From positions 1-59,775 of the IMG/VR virus record IMGVR_UViG_3300035670_000230: 59,775 bases of DNA; one strand, given 5' to 3'. The notes under the pieces were generated by a model, which made no database searches, was not told where the DNA came from, and saw nothing but the letters and a program-made list of their open reading frames with translations. Within the stretch, counting starts at the first letter, position 1, and each line of letters starts with the position of its first letter. The translations under genes were made by a program, and so were the position numbers. Of the stretch, positions 52,991-59,775 are shown piece by piece. This stretch comes from a virus. Lineage: Duplodnaviria > Caudoviricetes.

Positions 52991-53959
52991 TTACGCTGTA
53001 ACACGACCTTCCATATAAGCAGCATCGATCTCGGCTTCAAGTTTTGTTGCCTCATCGAACTTCTGCGTCGCATTGAGCTTAGCTGCCTTCTCGAACATTT
53101 TTTCAATGTCCTTAGTCGTAAAAATACGACCCTTCTGGCTACTAGGCGGTGCTGACGAAGCAGACCGATTTGGCTGGATTTGACGTTCTAATTCGGCTTG
53201 CTTGGCGTTTGATTTGTCTGATGGAGCAAGTGTCTGCCTAAACATCTTCACATAATCTCGTACCGCTTCTGCATCACCTCTATTAAAAGCCTCTTGGGCG
53301 ACAAGTTTTCTAGGACCTCGAAGGATGGGGTCTACTTCTTCAAGCCACGCTACCCACTTTGGATCGACGTTAATCTCCTCAAAGTCCGGTACCAACTGGT
53401 ACAGGCGGGTATCGAAACTAACAGCTCCAACTTGGCTACCAGTCTGTGTCAACTTCTCACGAAGTTCTACATTTTCTGCACGTAGCGAATCAATATCCTT
53501 CTTGAACTCCATAGCAACTTCTCGGGCAACCTTTCTCTGTACTTCGATCAGGTCACTTCCAAAAGCCTCTACGTCTGCATCCGTTACCAGTTTCTGTATC
53601 TCAGGCTCTTCCTTCTTAGGTTCTGGTTTCCTCATGGCTTCTTGCAACTGGTTAAGCTGCGCCATTAGATCCCTTACCTGTGCATTCAACCTTGGTACTT
53701 CTGCTGAGTATTTACCCTCAAGCGTTCTGTACTTCTGCTGCCACGCATCTTCAGAAATTTCCTGTGGTACAGGCTGAGTTGGCTTTTCTTCCCTAACTGG
53801 CTCAGTAACAGGTTCTTGTTTTAATTCCACCTCGGGTGGTGGTTCTTTGAGCGGCGGTTCAGTATCCTCTGCGGGTTTACCCTCACTTTGGGCTGCTATC
53901 TGCTTTTCAAGTTCCTCAAGTTCCTTTTGCTGCTGAGCAATCTGTTTAGGCAAAGCCAT
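52991..53959 (-). CDS. Scaffolding protein
   Basis: Acidic/Pro-rich coiled coil, 'W.QKY.TL.G.Y..EVPRL', directly upstream of the MCP. Confidence 0.8.
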   Translation of the reverse strand: MALPKQIAQQQKELEELEKQIAAQSEGKPAEDTEPPLKEPPPEVELKQEPVTEPVREEKPTQPVPQEISEDAWQQKYRTLEGKYSAEVPRLNAQVRDLMAQLNQLQEAMRKPEPKKEEPEIQKLVTDADVEAFGSDLIEVQRKVAREVAMEFKKDIDSLRAENVELREKLTQTGSQVGAVSFDTRLYQLVPDFEEINVDPKWVAWLEEVDPILRGPRKLVAQEAFNRGDAEAVRDYVKMFRQTLAPSDKSNAKQAELERQIQPNRSASSAPPSSQKGRIFTTKDIEKMFEKAAKLNATQKFDEATKLEAEIDAAYMEGRVTA

Positions 53960-54047
53960 GTGTACATCTCCTTAAAGCACCGACTCAATCCTACAGCGCC
54001 ATAGTATGCTGCAAAACTGCTTACGGTGTGCTTCTAAAGTACGACTC

Positions 54048-54284
54048 CTACCGGAGCCGCTCCAAAATTGAAGGCGCTTCTTTCACCGCCTCCAAAAAAT
54101 CCTGTAATGCTTCGGCTCTACCTTGCAAACGGTGGAGTTTCACCATATCGTCTGCAACCACTAGCGCCGCTTTTGTTTCATCGAGCTTAGCTCTAAAAAC
54201 TGTTAAGAGGTCTTCCGATCCCCGGCACTTTAAAAGCGCCGTTATGTGTTGCCGATCTGGACGACTACTTAAAAATAAATTCAT
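54048..54284 (-). CDS. Small head-module protein
   Basis: 'LQGRAEAL..FL'; lies between portal and scaffold. Confidence 0.7.
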   Translation of the reverse strand: MNLFLSSRPDRQHITALLKCRGSEDLLTVFRAKLDETKAALVVADDMVKLHRLQGRAEALQDFLEAVKEAPSILERLR

Positions 54285-54316
54285 ATTGACATGTTAATCA
54301 TACAACAAATCTATTG

Positions 54317-56395
54317 TCAAGTCCTAGGCGACATAAAATTCATATCACGACCGCCTGCGGGCGACCCATCAGGCAAAATGTTTATGCCTTCAATTTTTGA
54401 TGGTGTACCTTGACCACCGGGTTGTGGGGGCTGTTGTCCTGTCAGAGCCATGAGCTGCTGTTGTAATTGCGCAATAACTTGCTGTTGCTGCTGAATGGTG
54501 CTGATCTGCTGACGGTCGGGCACAATCCGATCTACATTACCCTTTAAGTTTTTAGCCGCATCACGTAAAAGCTCTGCTGCCCCATCCATACCCACAATCT
54601 GCTGCGCTAGCGGGCTATTAAGAACCAGACCCAAGAACTCGTTACGCCGTACAGCATCAGCTTCTTTAACTACCAAGTTTGACGCACCTTTAGCTACGAT
54701 CTCCACATCACCCACCATGTCGGGGTCAGGGCTGTAGCGCAGGTTGTCTTGATAGAGCCGCTCTAAGAGGGGGACCATTACGTGCTGGTCAATGTTACTT
54801 ATAACCTGTTTGATGCCTTTACTGGCATTATTAATAAGCATCGCTAAACCAGACGATGTACGACCTGCTCCACCTGTAGATTCTCCAGTCATATAACGAG
54901 GAATCATTGTGTCTTCATCAGCTCGGGTAGAAAATTTTTCAAATACCGCCATTAATTCACTAGCGTTGCTCGACGGCTGAAAAAAAGTTACAGGTGGTGC
55001 TGAGTCTGCATAATCAGGCGACTGAAACTGCCAAATCTTCCATGGATACATCTGCGTAATATCTTCCCCAGCAGGTAACCGAGATATATTTACCCCGACC
55101 TGAGGTCCTGAGGAGATGCCCATGTTATTAGCCAGTGAACGAGCCGCAGCATTAACCATCGCCTGAGAATCCCGGCAGAGGTCTGCCACACCATTACCAT
55201 CCAATGCACCGGGGACTTTCTCAAAAGACGTTAAATAATACGGTTTACGCCCAATCGGATCGTAGTTGACCACTGCCCGGATAACCGTGCTACCAATTAT
55301 CCACAACTCACACGGGTAGGTTTTAGTCGCCTCAAGCGTATCCTTAAAGCTACTGTCCCAGTCAATCAACATACTGCCGGGGAGGGTGTCCCAAAGTTGC
55401 AGTGCATCAATAAGGTCGTTTGTATCAAGTGCCTCAGTCGTATCTTTGCCTTCAGCTTCGGCTTGAGCAGTGTCTGTCCACAGCCACTCTTTCAGGCTAC
55501 CTCGCTCAAAGTCCTGCAGCACCGTATCGATCGACTCGGTGGAATAACCCTCTACACCTTTTAGGGATTCCAGATCCATCCGTGTCATTTTGTGACGCTC
55601 GATCACAAACCCATCCTGAATGTCTGAAGCCCACGCTGCCCAATAAAGATTGAACGGATCAACCCGCTCCCACTCGTTACGTATTTCTTCAACAGGCACA
55701 AGCTCATTGCCTTGCCACACCAATTTAGTCCGACGACGCTTAACCGGCCCCTTAACACACGCAAAAGGAAACGTCACGATGTCATCTAAAAACTCATTGA
55801 ACGCCTTGAGCCAACCACCTTCAACAAGCTGGTCTTCCATCCGAGTTTCCATCCGAGCTACCCGAGCATCTGCATCTTCTTTAATTTGACGCAGTGCAGC
55901 ATCTTTCATTTCCGCTGCTAAGGCTCGTAGTGTCTCTTCGTCAGGCTGTTGCCCTTGAGCGTAGACCTGCATAAGCTGCGCAGCCATCTGCGCTTTAAGA
56001 CTATCAATTTTCTGTGGGGGAAGCTCTGGGAGGGGAGTTGTGTGCAACCCCCAAGGTTTGTCAGCACCTGTGCCAAGTAACGCATCCCGCAGCCAGCTTG
56101 TAGCTGCCCGACATTTAACGGAGGTAAGCTGGATAAAAATCTCCGAACCACCATCTCGCTGAATTTCTGAAAGTTTCTCTGGGTCGTACTTGCCTTGGCG
56201 CTGGCGCAGGCACTCAAGCATTCGCTCTTCTAGTTCACGTTTAGCATCTTTGGCAGACTCCCAACGGATTTTGGTATGCGCCGCTAAACCACGAATCATG
56301 GGCTGGGCATTCTGCCTCTCGCTCTCACGACGAGACATGGCTTCCATATCAGAAGAACGAGCAACAGGTACTAGGGCAAGACCTTCCATAAACAT
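54317..56395 (-). CDS. Portal protein
   Basis: 692 aa after terL; 'KCRAA.SW..D', 'DQLVEG.W', 'GAGRTSSGL.ML', Q-rich tail. Confidence 0.85.
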   Translation of the reverse strand: MFMEGLALVPVARSSDMEAMSRRESERQNAQPMIRGLAAHTKIRWESAKDAKRELEERMLECLRQRQGKYDPEKLSEIQRDGGSEIFIQLTSVKCRAATSWLRDALLGTGADKPWGLHTTPLPELPPQKIDSLKAQMAAQLMQVYAQGQQPDEETLRALAAEMKDAALRQIKEDADARVARMETRMEDQLVEGGWLKAFNEFLDDIVTFPFACVKGPVKRRRTKLVWQGNELVPVEEIRNEWERVDPFNLYWAAWASDIQDGFVIERHKMTRMDLESLKGVEGYSTESIDTVLQDFERGSLKEWLWTDTAQAEAEGKDTTEALDTNDLIDALQLWDTLPGSMLIDWDSSFKDTLEATKTYPCELWIIGSTVIRAVVNYDPIGRKPYYLTSFEKVPGALDGNGVADLCRDSQAMVNAAARSLANNMGISSGPQVGVNISRLPAGEDITQMYPWKIWQFQSPDYADSAPPVTFFQPSSNASELMAVFEKFSTRADEDTMIPRYMTGESTGGAGRTSSGLAMLINNASKGIKQVISNIDQHVMVPLLERLYQDNLRYSPDPDMVGDVEIVAKGASNLVVKEADAVRRNEFLGLVLNSPLAQQIVGMDGAAELLRDAAKNLKGNVDRIVPDRQQISTIQQQQQVIAQLQQQLMALTGQQPPQPGGQGTPSKIEGINILPDGSPAGGRDMNFMSPRT

Positions 56396-56442
56396 ATTCC
56401 CAGAATGATTTACCCCCTTATACGCTTACAGGGGGCTTTATG

Positions 56443-57849
56443 TCAAGCGTAGACGTAACTTACCTTTTTCACTTCCCGCCGTTCTGTACCACTTAATGTA
56501 CTACCAAATGTCTCACCACCGTCTGCATGTAAGCAAGCATACTCAAACGCATCAGCCACATCTGACCATGGGTGGGATTTCTCCGGTGTTTCTTCTCGCT
56601 GCCCCTTGGTATTTACTTTGTATCGATATTTACCAGCCAGAGCCTGAACCAGAGGAGACGCACCATCAGGGCATATCAACAACCCCGCTTTATTATCAAC
56701 TGTGCGGGTTAAGTACTTGTCAACCGCCGCAATTCGTGCGGTGATGGCGTTGGTTTTTGATGGTTTTACTTGAAACCCCTCGGCTTTGTAGATGTCTGCT
56801 ACTGTCCGTTCGTCTGTCTGCGCTCTCTGGAACGCCGCTGGGTCAATTATAACTATAGACCTATAACCAGCAAATTTGTTCGCTAAAAGTGGTTTTAACT
56901 TCTCTCGCACGAACCTTAGCGCCCCCATATCCTCAGAAATCAAAGCGTTATACACCACAATACGCCCATCCCAGAGCACCTGAGCAATTATCGCAGCAGG
57001 AGTTAACCCCGCATCTACCCCGATTATCAGAGGTGTAGAGGTCGAAAGTGGTTTTAAAGGTTCCTTTGATACGTGCTGGTCCCTATTAAACGACCGAAAT
57101 ACTGGTTGCCCAGAGAGCGATTTGCCAAATTGAGCGTGGATATATACATCCACCCAGTCCTCTGACTTACCTTTAGCAAGGTTGTCGTAATAATCGTCTG
57201 GCAAAAACTCCAACCAGTCTGCTTCTGGGCTAAGACCACTGGGCTGAAAAAATACATCCGCATTATCTGGTGGGTCCGTAAGAAAATCCTCCCAGAATGT
57301 ATCCATATCAGGCGGGTTAGTCATCCCCCATATATGCGCATTGCTTTTACCGTTGTCCGTAACGCACCCGACGTTATTATCCAACTTCGACGGGTACCGT
57401 CCCAAGCGACCCTGCAGGGCGTTGAATATATCTGGGTTAATTTCTCTGAACTCGTCAAGTATCCCGAAGGAAGCCTGTAAGGAGAGAAGTCGCCTAACGT
57501 CGTCGGAGTCATCGAGGCCCCGGAATAAGATCTCACACTCGACATCATCAAACCTCAACATGAACTTGTATTCAGATTTAAGGTAACTGCCAGCCTGACC
57601 ATCAGGGAACCACCGCAACACATCCGGTATCGACGTATCCCTTAACTGCTCTCGTGTATTACGTACCCATATTGCCCTTGACCGCCTTATCCCATCACGA
57701 GCTTTTGCCATATGAGCAGCGTGGTACGCAATCTTCATTATCCCCGCAGTGGTTTTGGTGGAGCCTACTGGACCCACGATGAGGCTTATAAACGCCTCAC
57801 TCTGCAGAAATTCTTTGGCGCTCTTCGGTGGGGTGTAGGTTAGGTTCAT
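56443..57849 (-). CDS. terL: Terminase large subunit
   Basis: Walker A 'GPVGSTKTT', 'VRNT..QL.DT', 'DEFREI', 'TNPP', nuclease 'GVDAGLTPA', 'SDVADA..Y'. Confidence 0.92.
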   Translation of the reverse strand: MNLTYTPPKSAKEFLQSEAFISLIVGPVGSTKTTAGIMKIAYHAAHMAKARDGIRRSRAIWVRNTREQLRDTSIPDVLRWFPDGQAGSYLKSEYKFMLRFDDVECEILFRGLDDSDDVRRLLSLQASFGILDEFREINPDIFNALQGRLGRYPSKLDNNVGCVTDNGKSNAHIWGMTNPPDMDTFWEDFLTDPPDNADVFFQPSGLSPEADWLEFLPDDYYDNLAKGKSEDWVDVYIHAQFGKSLSGQPVFRSFNRDQHVSKEPLKPLSTSTPLIIGVDAGLTPAAIIAQVLWDGRIVVYNALISEDMGALRFVREKLKPLLANKFAGYRSIVIIDPAAFQRAQTDERTVADIYKAEGFQVKPSKTNAITARIAAVDKYLTRTVDNKAGLLICPDGASPLVQALAGKYRYKVNTKGQREETPEKSHPWSDVADAFEYACLHADGGETFGSTLSGTERREVKKVSYVYA

Positions 57850-58291
57850 CGATAATTATGGGTGTTTGTAGTTCTTTTTGTGGTTCTGCCAGATTTATCA
57901 CTATGGAAAAACCCGGGCCAGCCTGCACTTGAGAGTTCTGCTTTGGCTCCATATCTGCCAGCTTGGCCCCCAATTTTACAAACTCCAACTTCTGTAACAG
58001 CGATGTCTCTGAGGACTTAGCAAATTTATACGCCTGCTCAAACACATCCTCCGTCAGTACACGGGCCTTGACCTTAAACGTAAAGCCAGATTTTTCATAT
58101 TCTGCTTTCTGGGTTGCCACAGTATTTTGAAACGGCACCCACGCTTTAAGGTCTTCCCATGCTTGACCAACAATGCCATAACGAAATGCAATGTCCTTAG
58201 GCTCTTCCAAGCCAGCAGCAATCTCAGCCACCATCTCCGAAGGAATGGATAGCCGTCCGGGCAGAATTTCATCAAGCGTTTCGTTGTTCAT
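57797..58291 (-). CDS. terS: Terminase small subunit (probable)
   Basis: Immediately upstream of and overlapping terL; C-terminal 'GFSIVINL'. Confidence 0.65.
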   Translation of the reverse strand: MNNETLDEILPGRLSIPSEMVAEIAAGLEEPKDIAFRYGIVGQAWEDLKAWVPFQNTVATQKAEYEKSGFTFKVKARVLTEDVFEQAYKFAKSSETSLLQKLEFVKLGAKLADMEPKQNSQVQAGPGFSIVINLAEPQKELQTPIIIDEPNLHPTEERQRISAE

Positions 58292-58415
58292 GTTGTTTGA
58301 TATACGTCATTAGGATACGCCGAATCAGAGCTGAGTGGGTCATGTCTTTCTGTTGAGCAATGACTTTTAGAGTTTCAATAAGTTCCTCTGGGAGGAAGAA
58401 GTTGTAGCGTTTCAT
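58272..58415 (-). CDS. 47-aa ribbon-helix-helix protein MKRYNFFLPEELIETLKVIAQQKDMTHSALIRRILMTYIKQHEQRNA (not in ORF track)
   Basis: CopG/Arc pattern: beta strand RYNFFL, P, helix, then S.LIR..L..Y. Confidence 0.8.
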   Translation of the reverse strand: MKRYNFFLPEELIETLKVIAQQKDMTHSALIRRILMTYIKQHEQRNA

Positions 58416-58450
58416 GTGTGCAAGTGTACCAGATAGTTGATCGAGGTGTA

Positions 58451-58479
58451 AGTATAACGTGTGTATATAGTAAAAACAA
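58451..58479 (-). promoter_or_regulatory. Late/RHH promoter with ATACACACGT box in the spacer
   Basis: TTGTTT-17 bp-TATACT on the - strand. Confidence 0.6.
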
Positions 58480-58545
58480 GGGGCGTGTTGAACGGCTTAC
58501 GTAAACAAGGCGGGGGGCACCCACCCCCCTGGACCCGTACCCCAC

Positions 58546-58615
58546 CCCCCACCCCTGCGGCTGTCAATGTAGGGCAAGGGTATGCAGTACCCCCACCCCT
58601 GCGGCTGTGAATGTA
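58546..58615. repeat. 26-bp direct repeat CCCCCACCCCTGCGGCTGTSAATGTA in a C-tract region (candidate packaging site)
   Basis: Copies at 58546-58571 and 58590-58615, one mismatch. Confidence 0.85.
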
Positions 58616-58627
58616 AAGCGGTGCTTT

Positions 58628-58828
58628 GCTCATCAGGTGATATTACCTACGGGTATGTCACGCCGTTAAATCCGGTGAAAAGACCTGAGCGCATGGTGTC
58701 GGGATTGTCCCGCTCTTTAACAATATAGAACGATTCCCCATTCCCTTGGGGTAAAGCCAGGGTTGCGTAAACTCTCGCCCATAGCCCCAGGGGGATACTT
58801 GAAGCACCTTAATTGGTAGGGTGTTTCA
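58628..58828 (+). ncRNA. Structured early leader RNA
   Basis: Stems at 58637-58661 (C-UACG-G loop), 58700-58712, 58741-58795 and 58800-58828. Confidence 0.5.
58711..58723 (+). promoter_or_regulatory. boxA antitermination element
   Basis: CGCTCTTTAACAA matches the consensus NusB/NusE boxA. Confidence 0.75.
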
Positions 58829-58854
58829 TCTATCAACTAACTAGGGGAATTATC

Positions 58855-59337
58855 ATGCAAAACGAAATCGCTAACTTCGGTTCGGCTGAGATTGTTGAGT
58901 ACGCACCAGCTTGTACATTGGTTAACGGCAAAACAGTTTCCGAGCGTAGGCTTTCGGTTCTACCAAGCGCATCATTTGAGGCGGTTCTCTACGCTTCAAG
59001 TCGTGCCGGTAGAGTTGGCAAGGTTGCCCGCGCTGGTTTAGCCGGACAATCGACTGAGCTTATCGCTAGCAAGGCAAGGCGTGGGGATTATCGCCCATTG
59101 TCTGAAGCTCTAGCAGTCATGCTTGGCGAGTCAGTATCAATATCAAACCGCGCATCATTTGACGGTTTAGCGGATCGGTTTTCCGATCGACTGTATGACC
59201 TGCAATTAGCTAAAAATGGCGGGTATGTTGTAGACAAAAAGACCGGCTTAACTAAGCCTAATGCCAAGCGCAAAATGCTTGACGATGTTATCGGGTTTAT
59301 CCGTGAGGTGCAGGAAATCGCTTCTGCTACCAAGTAA
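58855..59337 (+). CDS. First early protein (hypothetical)
   Basis: AGGGGA RBS before ATG 58855; followed by a terminator. Confidence 0.75.
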   Translation: MQNEIANFGSAEIVEYAPACTLVNGKTVSERRLSVLPSASFEAVLYASSRAGRVGKVARAGLAGQSTELIASKARRGDYRPLSEALAVMLGESVSISNRASFDGLADRFSDRLYDLQLAKNGGYVVDKKTGLTKPNAKRKMLDDVIGFIREVQEIASATK

Positions 59338-59342
59338 TCAGG

Positions 59343-59367
59343 CGGGGGGCTTGCCCCCCGATTTTTT
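59343..59367 (+). terminator. Intrinsic terminator
   Basis: CGGGGGGC-TT-GCCCCCCG followed by ATTTTTT. Confidence 0.85.
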
Positions 59368-59405
59368 CAGCGTCAGCACTCACTCTAACTAAATAAGGCG
59401 CAACT

Positions 59406-59675
59406 ATGTCCACACTTCGTAATGCTTTAATGCAAGCAGGCTTTCGTCCGTCCAAACGGTTCTATGTCGAAGATGGCAAACGCATCTTCTCACTTGGCAA
59501 GGTCACTATCGCCTACTCATCTAAACCTGTACCAGTCAAATCAAATGAAACATATGTGAGGGAATACTACCTCGGCATGAAGTCATCAACCCATCGTGCC
59601 ACCGAGTACGCTCGGACCTTCGGTATCCGCTCACGAATCAACACCAAATCGCAGGTTCCACTCAATCAATGGTAG
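59406..59675 (+). CDS. Hypothetical basic protein
   Basis: TAAGG RBS; runs into the terminal overlap. Confidence 0.6.
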   Translation: MSTLRNALMQAGFRPSKRFYVEDGKRIFSLGKVTIAYSSKPVPVKSNETYVREYYLGMKSSTHRATEYARTFGIRSRINTKSQVPLNQW

Positions 59676-59775
59676 TGTGTGTATGATTGTGTGTATATTT
59701 ATCCAACTAATTATCCAAGGGGGCGCTTAGGCGCCCCATTTCATGGTGTGTATAAAATTCTGGATAATTACCACG
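59649..59775. repeat. Terminal direct repeat, copy 2
   Basis: Identical to 1-127. Confidence 0.95.

Noticed and set aside
52258-53001. 247-aa antisense ORF over the capsid gene, and other long antisense ORFs
   Set aside because: Expected shadow of biased codon usage in highly expressed genes; no RBS and no protein-like features.
59649-59775. 127-bp terminal repeat as a biological DTR
   Set aside because: The length equals a typical assembler k-mer and it interrupts an ORF, so it is best explained as circular overlap.

Overview
Apparently complete, circularly assembled dsDNA tailed-phage genome of 59,648 bp; bases 1-127 are repeated exactly at 59649-59775. It has two arms. The + strand early/replication arm runs from 58855 through the end of the window, then 421-19585. 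It holds many small ORFs, a MoxR-like AAA+ and vWA/metallopeptidase pair, an FkbM methyltransferase, family-A DNA polymerase, PD-(D/E)XK and VRR-NUC nucleases, an SNF2 helicase, SSB and a DUF927-type primase-helicase. The - strand late arm runs from 58415 down to 19666. It holds an RHH regulator, terminase, portal, scaffold, capsid, adaptors, collagen/glycine-rich/LamG fibres, a 2OG oxygenase, a glycosyltransferase, lysis genes, tail and ejection proteins, a 3014-aa polyvalent protein and small basic proteins. The architecture is podovirus-like. I recognised no integrase, RNA polymerase, tRNA or CRISPR array. Family names come from motif recognition by eye, not from database searches. The most notable signals missing from the ORF track: (1) three small ORFs, each with its own Shine-Dalgarno site, nested in the +1 frame of the inter-domain linkers of the 3014-aa gene; one encodes a recognisable 'MPFxSEKQRxYL...ELAKKW' basic peptide. 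(2) A candidate ~70-nt sRNA at the convergence point whose single-stranded seed is complementary to an extended RBS (TACGGAGA) used by several early/middle genes. (3) A 47-aa ribbon-helix-helix gene with a shared ATACACACGT box in three sigma70-like promoters. (4) A structured early leader containing a consensus boxA. (5) A TTATCCA repeat cluster, a candidate origin.
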